From positions 836 through 64,835 of the forward strand of contig JAEWGO010000006.1 of NCBI GenBank assembly GCA_023388255.1: a DNA stretch of 64,000 bases, written 5' to 3'. This stretch comes from Pseudomonadota bacterium. Lineage in GTDB: Bacteria > Pseudomonadota > Gammaproteobacteria > Xanthomonadales > Rhodanobacteraceae. A program made the translations under genes and the position numbers. Under the pieces are notes generated by a model. It searched no databases, was not told the origin of the DNA, and was given only the letters and a program-made list of their open reading frames with translations. Shown in pieces: positions 8,827-20,279 of this stretch (position 1 is the stretch's first letter; each line of letters opens with the position of its first letter).

Positions 8827-10548
8827 TCAGATGCGATCCGCCACGCAAACCTGGTCGCGACCAGCATCCTTGGCGGCATACAACGCCCGGTCGGCGCGCC
8901 TCAGGAGCTGTTCCGGCGAATCGCCGTGCTGCGGATACGAGGCGATGCCGATCGAGACGGTCACCGGGCCGACGTCCTGGTTCTTGTAGCCGACCCTGAG
9001 CGTGCGCACCGCCTTGCAGATGTCTTCGGCGCGATCGAGCGCGAGTGCCGCGTCGGCTTCCTGCAGCACGATCGTGAACTCCTCGCCACCGTAACGGCAA
9101 GCGACGTCCTCGGTGCGGATGCAGGTCGTCAGCAGCTCGCCGAACTGTGTCAGCAGCGCATCGCCGGCGTCGTGTCCGTGGGTGTCGTTGAAGCGCTTGA
9201 AGTGATCGACATCGAGCATCAGCACGGCCAGCGGCTGGCTGCGGCGGATTGCGCGGGTCAGGTCGCGCGCGAGCGATACTTCGAGGTAGCGGCGGTTGAA
9301 CAGGCCGGTCAGCGGGTCGCGCAGGGACTGCGTGCGCAAGGTTTCCTGCAGGCGCAGGTTGGCGACTGCCAGCGATATCTGCTCGGCGGCGGCGATCGCG
9401 GCGGCGCGGATTTCCGCGGCAATCGCATTGTCATCGAGCAGGGTCAATGTGCCGAGCACCGATCCTTGCGCGAGCAAAGGAACGCACAGTTGCTTTCGCA
9501 CGTCGCGATCCGGTTCCGCATGCAGGTGCCTGCAGGTGAACGCAGCGGTGAACGACTGCGAGTCGGGGTACGCGTGGCCGAGGCGCAAGGCCCAGCATTC
9601 GTCAGGCGCGAATGCGGTGTCGGTGGTTGCATTGCCGCCCCATTGGCAGAGCGGCGCAACCAGGTTCTGCGAAGCATTGACCAGATTGATCGATCCGCGG
9701 CTATTGCGGAACAGCTGCGCCATGGTGGCGGCAAGGCCGATCGCGGCCTCGTCGAGGCTGCGGCAGCCCTGCAGCATGTGGCCGAGGTCGGACAGCTGAC
9801 GCAGGGTTTCGCCAAGCCGGCGCGATTCCTCCAGGCTGTGCGCGAGTTCGTCGTTAGCGGTCGTCACGTGGCGTTCGCTGGCGATGCGCTGGCGCTGTTC
9901 GCGCAGGATCAGGAACAGTGCGAATGCGAGCATGCCGAAACAGGTCGCGATGGCGACGAGCGTGAGCATGCGCGACAGCCTTACGGTCGTATCGCTCGAG
10001 TGCTGTCGTTGCGCGAGCAGGGCATCCTCGAGCGCGACCATGCGCGCGGCGAGTTCGTCGACCTTGGTGTCCTGCTCGCGCGCCAGCGCGAACTGCGGAT
10101 CAGCCCTGACTCCCTGCAGGCCATGCTCGTGGTAGATCGCGAGGGATCGCGCCATCACCTCCTTGCGCTGGCCGAGCAGGGCTTCCAGACCGGCGGCATT
10201 GTCGGCCTGCGGCGGATTGTCGGCGACCAGGTCGTGCAGCTGTGCCATGTGTTCGGCCAGACGCGGGATCGTCGCGTACGCCTCGGCAAGCCGGGCAGCG
10301 TCGCCGCCGATGATATAGGCGCGTTGCGCTGCTTCGGCCCCCCGCAGGGCCCCGACCGTGGTGACGATCCGCTCACGCGTCTGGTAGGTGTGGTTGACCC
10401 AGGTGTTGGCGCGGACGAGTTCGCCGACCGTGCGATAGACCTGCACGCCGATGATCGCCAACACGATGCCGAGGATGGCGAACAGCACCATCACGCGCAA
10501 TGCGAAACGTCGGGGTGAGCGTCGACTCGGCTGTGTCACGGCATTCAC
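8827..10548 (-). CDS. Membrane diguanylate cyclase (CHASE3-GAF-GGDEF)
   Basis: Two TM helices flank a CHASE3 domain ('WVNHTYQ...AEAAQRAYII'), followed by a GAF-like region, 'RDPLTGLFNRR', 'DVDHFKRFNDTHGH', and I-site RTED + 'RYGGEEF'. Confidence 0.93.
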   Translation of the reverse strand: MNAVTQPSRRSPRRFALRVMVLFAILGIVLAIIGVQVYRTVGELVRANTWVNHTYQTRERIVTTVGALRGAEAAQRAYIIGGDAARLAEAYATIPRLAEHMAQLHDLVADNPPQADNAAGLEALLGQRKEVMARSLAIYHEHGLQGVRADPQFALAREQDTKVDELAARMVALEDALLAQRQHSSDTTVRLSRMLTLVAIATCFGMLAFALFLILREQRQRIASERHVTTANDELAHSLEESRRLGETLRQLSDLGHMLQGCRSLDEAAIGLAATMAQLFRNSRGSINLVNASQNLVAPLCQWGGNATTDTAFAPDECWALRLGHAYPDSQSFTAAFTCRHLHAEPDRDVRKQLCVPLLAQGSVLGTLTLLDDNAIAAEIRAAAIAAAEQISLAVANLRLQETLRTQSLRDPLTGLFNRRYLEVSLARDLTRAIRRSQPLAVLMLDVDHFKRFNDTHGHDAGDALLTQFGELLTTCIRTEDVACRYGGEEFTIVLQEADAALALDRAEDICKAVRTLRVGYKNQDVGPVTVSIGIASYPQHGDSPEQLLRRADRALYAAKDAGRDQVCVADRI

Positions 10549-10930
10549 GGTCTGTCAGGGTAGGATGCAGCCTTTCGCCGGTGGTGTGCGTGGTCCGCGG
10601 GTTGCCGGACAAACAACCGCCATGACGGTGCCGGCATGGCACGCGGATGTCGTGCCTTGCGGCACTACCATACTTGAGAACGCACGCAGCTGTGTGCCGA
10701 TTGCTGAAGGGTCTGGCCATGGCCCGATGCGACGACGGCATCATCGGCGACGGGCACGATGACGTTTCGCGGCTCGCGGCAGCGACCGTTCCAGTCGTGT
10801 ACCAGGTCGTGCCCGCTGGATCGATACCGACGACGACACGCAGAATTCGCATGGCCGGCCGCATCGCGATACGCCCCGATCGAGCGGCCAGCGATGCGCG
10901 GCTCCTGTCACCGCCCCACGTGGAAAACGA

Positions 10931-12640
10931 ATGCCGCATCACACTCCGCTCATCGCCACCCTCGTTTCCGCACTCGTGCTCGCCTATGTCGGGGGCATGC
11001 TGGCGCACCGCCTGCGTCTGCCGCCGATCGTCGGCTATCTGATCGCCGGTGTCGCGATCGGGCCGTTCACGCCAGGCATCGTCGCCGACCAGGCGCTCGC
11101 GCCGGAGCTGTCCGAGATCGGAGTGATCCTGCTGATGTTTGGCGTCGGTCTGCACTTCTCGCTTGGCGACCTGCTCTCGGTGCGTGCGATCGCGATACCA
11201 GGCGCGGCGGTGCAGATCGCGCTCGCGACCGTGCTCGGCATGGCGTTGGCGTGGCTGCTCGGCTGGTCGTTCGGCAGCGGACTCGTGTTCGGCCTCGCGC
11301 TGTCGACCGCGAGCACGGTGGTGCTGCTGCGCGCGCTGGAGGAACGGCGCCTGCTCGAGACGCTGCGCGGCCGCATCGCGATCGGCTGGCTGATCGTCGA
11401 GGATCTGGCGATGGTGCTTGCATTGGTTCTGTTGCCGGCGCTGGCGGAATTGCTCGGCGGTCGCGCCTCGGGTTCCGCCGGCGGCAATGTGTGGGGCGCT
11501 CTTGCACTGACGCTCGGCAAGGTTGCCGCGTTCATCGCGGTGATGCTGATCATCGGCCGTCGCGTGATTCCTTGGCTGCTCGAGCGCACCGCCGGCTACG
11601 GCTCGCGAGAGCTGTTCACGCTGTCGGTGCTGGCAATCGCACTCGGCGTCGCGTACGCCTCGGCAATGCTGTTCGACGTGTCGTTCGCGCTCGGCGCGTT
11701 CTTCGCCGGCATGGTGTTGAACGAATCGAAGTTGAGCCATCAGGCGGCGGAGGATTCGCTGCCGTTCCGCGATGCATTCGCAGTGCTGTTCTTCGTCTCG
11801 GTAGGCATGCTGCTTGATCCCTCGATTCTCGTGCATCAGCCACTGGCGGTGCTCGGCGTGATGCTGATCATCGTGGTCGGCAAGTCGCTCGCGGCGCTGG
11901 CGATCGTGCGCGCGTTCGGGCGGCCGCTCGAAGTCGGCCTGACGATCGCGGCCAGCCTCGCGCAGATCGGCGAGTTTGCCTTTATTCTGGCCGGACTCGG
12001 CATCGAGCTCGGCTTGCTCGACAAGACGGGCCGCGACCTCATCCTCGCCGGCGCGATCGCGTCGATCTGCATTAATCCGCTGCTGTTCGTCGCCCTCGAC
12101 CGCTGGCAGACGCGACATGCGGTTGCAGCCACCGCGGTCAAGCCGTTGCCCGATCTCCCTCCGGGGCCCCCGTTGCCGGAGCGCAACCACATCGTGCTGG
12201 TCGGTTTCGGTCGAGTCGGCTCGCTGGTCGGCCGACGCCTGCATGAGGAGGGCCGTGCGCTCGCACTGATCGAGACGAGTCGCGACTTCCTCGACCAGGC
12301 ACGCGAAGCCGGCATCGCCGGCGTCCTCGGCAACGCGGTGGTCGAAGAGGTGCTGTCCGCGGTGCGCGCGGAAAGTGCACGCGCGCTCCTGATCGCGATT
12401 CCGCAGACGATCGAGGCTGCCCAGATCATCAAGCACGCGCGCGCGCTCAACCCCGGCATCGCCGTGCTGGCGAGGGCCCATTCGGATGACGATGTCGCCT
12501 ACCTGCTCGGTAACGGTGCCGACGCTGCAATTGTGGGTGAGCGCGAGATTGCGCGCAGCATGTGCGAAGCGGCGGGTGGCCTCGCGAGCTACTTCGAGCG
12601 GATCGACGACGATGCTCGTTCCCTCGGCGCCGCGGCGTAG
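10931..12640 (+). CDS. ybaL: YbaL-like CPA2 cation:proton antiporter with a TrkA-N/RCK domain
   Basis: 'MPHHTPLIATLV', 'GVILLMFGVGLHFS', 'STASTVV', 'QIGEFAF', and C-terminal 'VGFGRVG'. Confidence 0.9.
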   Translation: MPHHTPLIATLVSALVLAYVGGMLAHRLRLPPIVGYLIAGVAIGPFTPGIVADQALAPELSEIGVILLMFGVGLHFSLGDLLSVRAIAIPGAAVQIALATVLGMALAWLLGWSFGSGLVFGLALSTASTVVLLRALEERRLLETLRGRIAIGWLIVEDLAMVLALVLLPALAELLGGRASGSAGGNVWGALALTLGKVAAFIAVMLIIGRRVIPWLLERTAGYGSRELFTLSVLAIALGVAYASAMLFDVSFALGAFFAGMVLNESKLSHQAAEDSLPFRDAFAVLFFVSVGMLLDPSILVHQPLAVLGVMLIIVVGKSLAALAIVRAFGRPLEVGLTIAASLAQIGEFAFILAGLGIELGLLDKTGRDLILAGAIASICINPLLFVALDRWQTRHAVAATAVKPLPDLPPGPPLPERNHIVLVGFGRVGSLVGRRLHEEGRALALIETSRDFLDQAREAGIAGVLGNAVVEEVLSAVRAESARALLIAIPQTIEAAQIIKHARALNPGIAVLARAHSDDDVAYLLGNGADAAIVGEREIARSMCEAAGGLASYFERIDDDARSLGAAA

Positions 12641-12786
12641 GCAACGTGGCCCTTCGCAGGGTTCTGGCACAATGCTCGGCCCGGCGGCGCTGTTCGGTGT
12701 GCGGTTGCAGCCGATGGCAGGGACGCGCCTGGGGCGACGGCGAACCGGGTCGATCGCTGGACTGAAACAAGACCTGGAGGACCGTC

Positions 12787-13383
12787 ATGCTGCTGATGAT
12801 CGACAACTACGACTCCTTCACGTTCAACCTCGTGCAGTACTTCGGCGAGCTGGGCGAGGAGGTGCGCGTGGTCCGCAACGACGAGATGACGTTGGCCGCG
12901 CTGCGCGCGCTGGCACCATCTGCGATCGTGATTTCTCCAGGACCCGGCACGCCGGACGATGCCGGCATGTCGCTCGATGTGCTGCGCGAGCTGGCTGGCG
13001 AGGTGCCGATCTTCGGCGTTTGCCTCGGCCATCAGGCGATTGGGCAGGCGTTCGGCGGCAAGGTGGTCCGCGCGAAGGAAATCATGCACGGCAAGACCTC
13101 GATGATCCATCACGATGGCCAGGGCGTGTTCCGCGGGTTGCCGGATCCGTTCGAGGCGACGCGCTATCACTCGCTGGTGGTCGAGCAGGCATCGTTGCCG
13201 GCGTGCCTCGAAGTTTCCGCATGGACGCAGCATGCCGACGGCTCGATCGACGAGATCATGGGCTTGCGCCATCGCAGCCTCGCGATCGAAGGCGTGCAGT
13301 TCCATCCCGAGTCGATCCTCACCCAGCATGGTCACGCGATGCTGGGCAACTTCATCGGCCGCGAGTGGCCGCGTGCAGCGTAA
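12787..13383 (+). CDS. trpG: Anthranilate synthase component II (glutamine amidotransferase)
   Basis: '[15 protein letters not shown]', 'SPGPGTP', 'GVCLGHQ', 'QFHPES'; lies upstream of trpD and trpC. Confidence 0.95.
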   Translation: MLLMIDNYDSFTFNLVQYFGELGEEVRVVRNDEMTLAALRALAPSAIVISPGPGTPDDAGMSLDVLRELAGEVPIFGVCLGHQAIGQAFGGKVVRAKEIMHGKTSMIHHDGQGVFRGLPDPFEATRYHSLVVEQASLPACLEVSAWTQHADGSIDEIMGLRHRSLAIEGVQFHPESILTQHGHAMLGNFIGREWPRAA

Positions 13384-13476
13384 GCGTCGCGGCGTTCGTC
13401 GACTTCATCCCCATCCAATCCTCTCTCCTTCGGCTTGGCTCCGGACAGGTTGAAGCGAGGGCTTGAGAAGCAAGCC

Positions 13477-14529
13477 ATGCCGATCACACCGCAGGAAGCG
13501 CTCCAGCGCACCATCGAACACCGCGAGATCTTCCATGACGAGATGGTCGATCTGATGCGCCAGATCATGCGCGGCGAAGTTTCGCCGACGATGGTCGCGG
13601 CGATCACTGCGGGCCTGCGCGTGAAGAAGGAGACGATCGGCGAGATCGCTGGCGCCGCGCGCGTGATGCGCGAACTGGCGACGACGGTCGATGTCGGTAC
13701 GCCGGCGCATTTCGTCGACATCGTCGGCACCGGCGGCGACGGGGCGCATTCGTTCAATATCTCGACCGCGGCGATGTTTGTCGCCGCTGCGGGCGGGGCG
13801 AAGGTGGCCAAGCATGGCAACCGAAGCGTGTCGTCGAAATCCGGCAGCGCCGACGTGCTCGAAGCGCTGGGCGCGGTGATCGATCTCGACGCGGCCAAGG
13901 TCGCGCGTTGTTTCGTCGAGACCGGCATCGGTTTCATGTTCGCTCCGAACCATCATCCGGCAATGAAGGTCGTTGCGCCGGTGCGCCGCGAGATGGGCGT
14001 GCGCACGATCTTCAATATCCTCGGGCCACTGACCAATCCGGCCGGCGCGCCGAACATCCTGATGGGCGTGTTTCATCCGGACCTGGTCGGTATCCAGGTG
14101 CGCGCGCTGCAGCAGCTGGGTGCGCGTCATGCGATGGTCGTGTGGGGGCGCGACGGCATGGACGAGATCTCGCTCGGCGCGGCGACGCTGGTCGGTGAAC
14201 TGCGTGATGGCGAGGTGCGCGAGTACGAGATCGAGCCGGAGGATTTCGGTCTGGTCATGGCGTCGAGTCGCAATCTGCGTGTCGCCAATGTCGACGAATC
14301 CAAACACTTGTTGCTCGAAGCGCTTGGCAACATGCCCGGTGTCGCGCGCGACATCGTCCTGCTCAATGCGGGTGCGGCGTTGTATGCGGCCGATGCCGCC
14401 GCGTCGATTTCCGATGGCATCGCGCGCGCGCGCGAGGTTGTCGCGCGAGGAGCGGCACTGGCGAAGATGGAGCAGTTCGTCGAGGTGACGCAGCGGCTTG
14501 CGCAGACGGGTAGCGGAGAGCCGGCATGA
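13477..14529 (+). CDS. trpD: Anthranilate phosphoribosyltransferase
   Basis: 'DIVGTGGDG', '[18 protein letters not shown]', 'NILGPLTNP'. Confidence 0.97.
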   Translation: MPITPQEALQRTIEHREIFHDEMVDLMRQIMRGEVSPTMVAAITAGLRVKKETIGEIAGAARVMRELATTVDVGTPAHFVDIVGTGGDGAHSFNISTAAMFVAAAGGAKVAKHGNRSVSSKSGSADVLEALGAVIDLDAAKVARCFVETGIGFMFAPNHHPAMKVVAPVRREMGVRTIFNILGPLTNPAGAPNILMGVFHPDLVGIQVRALQQLGARHAMVVWGRDGMDEISLGAATLVGELRDGEVREYEIEPEDFGLVMASSRNLRVANVDESKHLLLEALGNMPGVARDIVLLNAGAALYAADAAASISDGIARAREVVARGAALAKMEQFVEVTQRLAQTGSGEPA

Positions 14530-15320
14530 GCGACATCCTGGATCGCATCCTCGCGCGCAAGGTCGAGGAAATCGCAGCGCGCAGCGCGCGCGTTCCGCTG
14601 GTCGAATTGTCCGCGCGCGTGGCCGATCTGCCGCCGACGCGCGGTTTCGCCGATGCGCTCGAGGCGAAGATCGAGGCCGGTTTGCCGGCGGTGATCGCCG
14701 AGGTGAAGAAGGCGAGTCCGTCGAAAGGCGTGATCCGTGCGGAGTTCGATCCGGCCGCTATCGCGCGCAGCTACGCGGTGGGCGGTGCGGCCTGCCTGTC
14801 GGTACTGACCGACGCGGATTTCTTCCAGGGCAGCGAGGCGTATCTGGAACAGGCGCGCGCCGCGTGCGACCTGCCGGTGTTGCGCAAGGATTTCACGATC
14901 GATCCGTATCAGGTTCACGAGGCGCGCGCGATCGGTGCCGATGCGATCCTGCTGATAGTCGCCGCGCTCGACGATGCGGCCTTGCTCGAACTTGCGCTGC
15001 TCGGTGCCGAGCTCGATCTCGACGTGCTCGTCGAAGTGCACGACGAGGAGGAGCTGGAGCGCGCGCTGGATGTTCCGGCGTCCCTTATCGGCATCAACAA
15101 TCGCAACCTGCGCACGTTCGAGACCTCGCTCGACACGACGCTGCGCATGCGCGAACGCGCCGGCGCCGATAGGGTTCTCGTCACCGAGAGCGGCATCCAC
15201 ACGCCGGACGATGTTGCGCGCATGCGGACTGCCGGCGTCAACGCGTTCCTCGTCGGCGAGGCGTTCATGCGCGCGCCGGACCCGGGGGCCGAACTGGCGC
15301 GCCTGTTCGGCGCTGCGTGA
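14526..15320 (+). CDS. trpC: Indole-3-glycerol phosphate synthase
   Basis: '[12 protein letters not shown]', 'LRKDF', 'GINNRNL', 'ESGI', 'LVGEAFM'; ATGA overlap with trpD. Confidence 0.97.
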   Translation: MSDILDRILARKVEEIAARSARVPLVELSARVADLPPTRGFADALEAKIEAGLPAVIAEVKKASPSKGVIRAEFDPAAIARSYAVGGAACLSVLTDADFFQGSEAYLEQARAACDLPVLRKDFTIDPYQVHEARAIGADAILLIVAALDDAALLELALLGAELDLDVLVEVHDEEELERALDVPASLIGINNRNLRTFETSLDTTLRMRERAGADRVLVTESGIHTPDDVARMRTAGVNAFLVGEAFMRAPDPGAELARLFGAA

Positions 15321-15445
15321 CGATCGGCGACACGCGGGCCCGCTGCCTGGATGTTCGGGTATGTCACTGACGAATGCGCTGGATCGAAGGTGCGCTACCC
15401 GCCCTGCCCTGCGGGTAGCGCCGCGCGTCGCCGACGGTGCTCCGA

Positions 15446-16159
15446 TCAGTGCGTACCGAGCACCACGATGGTTTTGCCGGCGACCGAGATCATGCCCTGC
15501 TCTTCGAGTTGCTTGAGCACGCGGCCGACCATTTCGCGCGAACAACCGACGATGCGGCTGATTTCCTGACGCGAGATGCGGATCTGCTTGCCTTCGGGAT
15601 GGGTCATCGCGTCCGGTTCCTCGATCAGATCGAGCAGGGTCTTGGCGACGCGACCGGTCACGTCCATGAAGGCGAGGCGGCTGACCTTGCGCGAAGTGTG
15701 CAGCAGACGGTTGGTCAGCTGCGACCCGATCGCGAACAGGATCTTCGGACACTCGTCGCGCAGTGGCCCCTCGAACAGGTTGAACATGCGTTCGTAGCCG
15801 ATCTCGGCGAGTTCGCATGGCGTACGCGTACGCACCATGACTTCGCGCCGCGGCGTCTCGACGAACAGGCCCATCTCGCCGATGAATTCGCCGCGGTTGA
15901 GGTAGGCAAGGATCAGCTCGCGGCCTTCCTCGTCTTCCGAGGAAACGGTCAGCGAACCGTCGATGACATAGTAGAGGATGTTGGCCGAATCTCCCGGCCG
16001 GATGATGGCGGTCTTGCTGGCGTACCGGCGGCGATGGCAGGCAGCCAGGAATCGTTCCATGGCAGCCCGATCCGGAGTCAGCATCGGTGGCGCCTGCACG
16101 CGATTCACTTCGCGCTGCAGCGTGTATCTGAAATCAGCGATCTTGCCTTGTGCTTCCAC
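15446..16159 (-). CDS. clp: CRP-family global regulator (Clp-like); start codon uncertain
   Basis: cNMP domain '[10 protein letters not shown]' and HTH '[21 protein letters not shown]'; sits between trpC and speD. Confidence 0.9.
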   Translation of the reverse strand: MEAQGKIADFRYTLQREVNRVQAPPMLTPDRAAMERFLAACHRRRYASKTAIIRPGDSANILYYVIDGSLTVSSEDEEGRELILAYLNRGEFIGEMGLFVETPRREVMVRTRTPCELAEIGYERMFNLFEGPLRDECPKILFAIGSQLTNRLLHTSRKVSRLAFMDVTGRVAKTLLDLIEEPDAMTHPEGKQIRISRQEISRIVGCSREMVGRVLKQLEEQGMISVAGKTIVVLGTH

Positions 16160-16416
16160 TCAGGCCCCTTCGACGTCCCGTTCGCGGCATGGCCGCGTCA
16201 CGACGGAACGCATGGACTTCCATGCGTTTGCGAGCCCGGCGTGAATGGACATCACCCGAGTCTATTGCAAATTGTGTCCGGAGTCCGCATCTGCGACGCC
16301 CTTCGCGGTTTCATCGCGCTGCCGCTTGGCCCATAATCCGCGCCCCCGGCAATGCGTTGGCAACGTGCTGCCGTGATCCTGTCGTTCGTCGCCGTTCCGT
16401 TCCGAGGTGGATTGCC

Positions 16417-17202
16417 GTGGTCAAACCCATTCCCCGTCTGCAGTTGCAGGGTTTCAACAACCTGACCAAGGCGCTCAGCTTCAACATCTATGACATCTGC
16501 TATGCGGTGTCGGAAGACCAGCGCCAGCGCTACATCGAGTACATCGACGAGCAATACGATTCCGATCGCCTGACGCAGATCCTGACCGATGTCGCCGACA
16601 TCATCGGCGCGAACATCCTCAACATCGCGCGCCAGGACTACGATCCGCAGGGCGCGTCGGTGACGATCCTGATCTCCGAACACCCGATCGCGGAAAAGCT
16701 CGGCAAGGACGTGATTTCGGATGCGGTGGTGGCGCACCTGGACAAGAGCCACATCACGGTGCACACGTATCCGGAGACGCATCCGCACAACGGCATCGCG
16801 ACGTTCCGCGCGGACATCGACGTGGCCACCTGCGGCATCATCTCGCCGCTGAAGGCGTTGAACTTCCTGATCGACAGCTTCGAGTCCGACATCGTCACGA
16901 TGGACTACCGCGTGCGCGGCTTCACCCGCGACGTGAAGGGCCGCAAGCACTACATCGACCACAAGATCAATTCGGTGCAGGACTACCTGGCCAAGCACAT
17001 CCGCCAGAAGTACGAGATGTTCGACGTCAACGTCTACCAGGAAAACATCTTCCACACCAAGATGCATGTGAAGGACTTCGATCTCGACACCTACCTGTTC
17101 GAGGCGAACGCCGACGACCTCTCGTTCAAGGAGCGCCAGCGCATCGAGCAATTGCTCAAGCGCGAGATCGAGGAGTTGTTCCACGGGCGCAATCTGATGT
17201 GA
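16417..17202 (+). CDS. speD: S-adenosylmethionine decarboxylase proenzyme
   Basis: '[17 protein letters not shown]', 'YDPQGASVT', and the cleavage region '[14 protein letters not shown]'. Confidence 0.96.
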   Translation: MVKPIPRLQLQGFNNLTKALSFNIYDICYAVSEDQRQRYIEYIDEQYDSDRLTQILTDVADIIGANILNIARQDYDPQGASVTILISEHPIAEKLGKDVISDAVVAHLDKSHITVHTYPETHPHNGIATFRADIDVATCGIISPLKALNFLIDSFESDIVTMDYRVRGFTRDVKGRKHYIDHKINSVQDYLAKHIRQKYEMFDVNVYQENIFHTKMHVKDFDLDTYLFEANADDLSFKERQRIEQLLKREIEELFHGRNLM

Positions 17203-17203
17203 A

Positions 17204-17253
17204 GGGAATCGGGAATCGACGACAAGCGCGGTGTTCGCGCAGTCACGATTCCC
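17204..17253. repeat. GGGAATC heptamer x2 with an inverted CGATTCCC copy, between convergent genes
   Basis: GGGAATCGGGAATCG at 17204-17218 and CGATTCCC at 17246-17253; the two can pair as a hairpin. Confidence 0.45.
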
Positions 17254-17271
17254 GTCGCCTGCGAGCGGGGC

Positions 17272-17916
17272 TCACAGGCGATACGCTGCAGCCTTCATCA
17301 CGTTCGAGGCGAGCTTCATCAGCGCCGGGATCGGCGCCGGCAGCAGGCGCGCGCCGGCTGCGAGCGCATGCTCGGCGTGACGGGCCTCGTCTTCCTTCAT
17401 CTGCGCGACGATTGCGCGACTGCGCTCATCGCCGGGTGGCAGCGTTTCAAGGTGCTCGCCGAGATGCGCCTCGACCTGGCGTTCGGTTTCGACCACGAAG
17501 CCGAGGCTGAGGCGATCGCCGACCAGTCCCGCGCCCGCGCCGATCGCGTAGGCGCCCGCATACCAGAATGGATTGAGCAGGCTCGGCCGGCTGCCGAGTT
17601 CTTCGAGGCGCGCACCGCACCAGGACAGGTGATCGGTTTCCTCGGCGGCCGCATCCAGCATCTGCTGGCGCATCGACGCTTCGCGCGCGACCGCAGCCTG
17701 GCCAAAATACAGCGCCTGCGCACAGACCTCGCCGACATGGTTCACGCGCATCAAACCGGCTGCGTGGCGGCGCGCGCCTTCATCAAGTTCGATGTCGGTG
17801 ACGCCGAGCGCCGGCGACGGCCGCGCCGTGACCGGCGTGGCGACGAACACGGTTTCCAGCGCGCGCTCGACTTCCACGAGCAGGCGGTCCAGTGGCGAGA
17901 GGGGGCGGGCGGTCAT
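17272..17916 (-). CDS. coq7: Demethoxyubiquinone hydroxylase (di-iron, Coq7)
   Basis: '[17 protein letters not shown]', 'EETDHL', '[10 protein letters not shown]', 'DEARH'. Confidence 0.95.
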   Translation of the reverse strand: MTARPLSPLDRLLVEVERALETVFVATPVTARPSPALGVTDIELDEGARRHAAGLMRVNHVGEVCAQALYFGQAAVAREASMRQQMLDAAAEETDHLSWCGARLEELGSRPSLLNPFWYAGAYAIGAGAGLVGDRLSLGFVVETERQVEAHLGEHLETLPPGDERSRAIVAQMKEDEARHAEHALAAGARLLPAPIPALMKLASNVMKAAAYRL

Positions 17917-19178
17917 GGCGCGGTAGTTTCCAGTTGTTGCGCGAGCAAGGCCAGCGGGTGGCGTACCGGGATGTCCGCGGCGCGTTGACGCAGGCCATTG
18001 CCGAGATGGATGCGGCAGCCGATGTTGGTCGTCAACACGAGATCCGGTGCCAGTGTGACGGCTTGGTCGAGTTTCTCGTCGCGCAGGCGGTCGGCGAAAT
18101 CCGGCTGCTCGATGAAGTAGCTGCCGCCCGCACCGCAACAGCGTGGCTGTTCCGGCAACGCCAGCACGGTCAGTTCGGGAATCCGCGCCAGCATCGCGCC
18201 GATCGCCTTTGCGCCGCCGACGACATTCACCTGCGTGCAGGGCAAATGCAGTGCCGCGCGTGCGGCGAGCGGGCAGAAACGCAGCGCGGCGAAGCCGGGA
18301 TCGGCGGCAATGTAGGCGAGACTGTCGACGACACTCAGCGATGTGCCGGCCACGACCTGGTCGCGCAGATCGCCGAAGCAGCCGCTGGCGCAACTCAGTA
18401 CGACGTCCGCGCCGCAGTTTTTCAGCGCTTCGCGCGTCGTTGCTGCCTGCGCATCGGCTCCTCGGGTGTCGCCTTGATGGCGCGGCAGCGCGCCGCAACA
18501 AATTGTGCCGGGCAATTCGACCACTTCGTGGCCGAGCGCTTCGAGCAGGCGGCGCGCCGCGACCAAGGTGTCGCGGTCGTAGACGCTGGCGACGCAGCCG
18601 CGGAACAGCGCGACGCGGCCTCGTGTGGCGTATGCGTTGGTCACGACGGGAAGGTCGATCGCGCATGGCAGGTCGGGCTGCGTCGCAGCGAGTCGTCGCG
18701 CGGTCGAGCCTTGCGGCAGCCAGCGCGCCAGCGCAGGCATCCAGCGACCGGTACGCAACGCGGCACCGATGCGTGCGAGTGCGGTCAATCGCTGCGGATC
18801 GCGCAGCCAGCGCTGCAGGCGCGTCGGCGCGGGACGCCGGTCGGCCAGCAGTGCGCGCGTCTGCACGAGGATGGATTCGTACTGCACCTGCGACGGGCAG
18901 ACCTTCTGGCAGGACAGGCAGCCGAGGCAGTGGTCCAGATGCATCAGCGCGCGCGGCGCGGGTTGCAGCGCGCCGGTCGCCAGCGCCTTGGCCAGCGCGA
19001 TGCGTCCGCGCGGGGATTCGGCCTCGATCGCGTCGAGGCGATAGGTTGGGCAATGCGGCAGGCACAGGCCGCACATCACGCACTGGTCGGCCAGCGCCGA
19101 CAAGGGCGTGTCGGGCGTCGCCGGAGTCGACAGGGTGACGGGATAGTGGGCGGACATGGATTTCATGCTAACATTCAC
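17913..19178 (-). CDS. GlcF-like Fe-S oxidoreductase (two 4Fe-4S motifs plus CCG domains); start uncertain
   Basis: '[14 protein letters not shown]', '[13 protein letters not shown]', 'ICCGA', 'CCGAGG', '[10 protein letters not shown]'. Confidence 0.88.
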   Translation of the reverse strand: MNVSMKSMSAHYPVTLSTPATPDTPLSALADQCVMCGLCLPHCPTYRLDAIEAESPRGRIALAKALATGALQPAPRALMHLDHCLGCLSCQKVCPSQVQYESILVQTRALLADRRPAPTRLQRWLRDPQRLTALARIGAALRTGRWMPALARWLPQGSTARRLAATQPDLPCAIDLPVVTNAYATRGRVALFRGCVASVYDRDTLVAARRLLEALGHEVVELPGTICCGALPRHQGDTRGADAQAATTREALKNCGADVVLSCASGCFGDLRDQVVAGTSLSVVDSLAYIAADPGFAALRFCPLAARAALHLPCTQVNVVGGAKAIGAMLARIPELTVLALPEQPRCCGAGGSYFIEQPDFADRLRDEKLDQAVTLAPDLVLTTNIGCRIHLGNGLRQRAADIPVRHPLALLAQQLETTAP

Positions 19179-19204
19179 GGTTCGCGTTGGCCGGAGTTTC
19201 CCGG

Positions 19205-19233
19205 TTGCCAGCGTCGGGCGTTTCCGCTATTCT
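19205..19233 (+). promoter_or_regulatory. Putative sigma70 promoter of rplM-rpsI
   Basis: TTGCCA-N17-TATTCT, about 60 bp upstream of rplM. Confidence 0.65.
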
Positions 19234-19291
19234 CCCGCGCCCTCATTTCTAGCGCGCCCGCAGTTCGGGGCCGAACCAGAGTCTTCCGGAT

Positions 19292-19741
19292 ATGAAAACG
19301 ATCAGCGCCAAAGCTGAAAGCGTCAAACGCGACTGGTACGTGGTCGATGCCACGGACAAGACGCTCGGCCGCCTGTGCACCGAACTCGCGCACCGCCTGC
19401 GCGGCAAGCACAAGCCGGTTTACACCCCGCACGTCGATACCGGCGATTACCTCGTCGTGATCAATGCGGAAAAGATCTCCGTCACCGGCAAAAAGCTGGA
19501 AGACAAGAACTACCACCGCTTCACCGGCCACATCGGCAACCTCAAGACGACCGCGCTGAAGGACATGCTTGCCCGGCATCCCGAGCGCGTCATCGAGATC
19601 GGCGTGAAAGGCATGCTGCCGAAGAATCCGTTGGGCCGCGCAATGTATCGCAAGCTCAAGGTCTACGCCGGCGCGAGCCATCCGCACGAAGCCCAGCAGC
19701 CACAGGTGCTGGACATCAACACTGCTACCAGCAAATCCTGA
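19292..19741 (+). CDS. rplM: 50S ribosomal protein L13
   Basis: 'KRDWYVVDA...LGRL...[16 protein letters not shown]', '[10 protein letters not shown]'. Confidence 0.99.
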   Translation: MKTISAKAESVKRDWYVVDATDKTLGRLCTELAHRLRGKHKPVYTPHVDTGDYLVVINAEKISVTGKKLEDKNYHRFTGHIGNLKTTALKDMLARHPERVIEIGVKGMLPKNPLGRAMYRKLKVYAGASHPHEAQQPQVLDINTATSKS

Positions 19742-19755
19742 TAAAGGCATCGACG

Positions 19756-20148
19756 ATGGCGATTCAGCAAAACTACGGCACCGGCCGTCGCAAGTCCTCC
19801 GCAGCGCGCGTGTTCCTGCGCAAGGGCAGCGGCAGCATCGTTGTCAACGGCAAGCCGCTCGATGATTTCTTCGGCCGCGAGACCTCGCGCATGATCGTGC
19901 GCCAGCCGCTCGAACTGACCGAGAACCAGGACAAGTTCGACGTGCTCGTCACGGTCGAAGGTGGTGGCATGACCGGTCAGGCCGGTGCCATCCGTCTTGG
20001 TATCGCGCGCGCTCTGGTCGAATACGACGAGGCGCTGAAGTCGCCGCTGCGCAGGGCGGGCTTCATGACCCGTGATGCCCGCGAGGTCGAGCGCAAGAAA
20101 GTCGGCCTGCACAAGGCACGTCGCGCCACGCAGTACTCGAAGCGTTAA
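19756..20148 (+). CDS. rpsI: 30S ribosomal protein S9
   Basis: '[13 protein letters not shown]', '[14 protein letters not shown]', '[19 protein letters not shown]'. Confidence 0.99.
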   Translation: MAIQQNYGTGRRKSSAARVFLRKGSGSIVVNGKPLDDFFGRETSRMIVRQPLELTENQDKFDVLVTVEGGGMTGQAGAIRLGIARALVEYDEALKSPLRRAGFMTRDAREVERKKVGLHKARRATQYSKR

Positions 20149-20160
20149 GCCCAGCCTCAT

Positions 20161-20235
20161 AGCCCCGTCGCCAAGCGGTAAGGCACCTGACTCTGACTCA
20201 GGCATTCGGTGGTTCGAATCCATCCGGGGCTGCCA
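20161..20235 (+). tRNA. tRNA-Gln (anticodon CTG)
   Basis: Cloverleaf with acceptor AGCCCCG/CGGGGCT, D-arm GCCAAGCGGTAAGGC, anticodon arm CCTGA-CTCTGAC-TCAGG, T-loop GGTTCGAATCC, and an encoded CCA. Confidence 0.97.
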
Positions 20236-20279
20236 AAAACCTGATCCGACTGCATCGATCCGGTACGCATGTCCGGTCA

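Noticed and set aside
12641..12786. trp attenuator or leader peptide upstream of trpG
   Set aside because: No short Trp-codon-rich ORF or terminator/antiterminator set is visible, and trpE is not in this window.
16268..16292. Possible CRP/Clp autoregulatory site (AATTGTGTCCGGAGTCCGCATCT) between clp and speD
   Set aside because: Only a weak match to TGTGA-N6-TCACA and the second half-site is poor.
17917..19083. Long N-terminal extensions in the ORF track (coq7 603 aa, rpsI 257 aa, acvB 637 aa, 907-aa form of the 20425 gene)
   Set aside because: The extensions are Arg/Pro-rich off-frame reads of upstream genes. The real starts were placed using homology motifs, RBS or ATGA overlaps.
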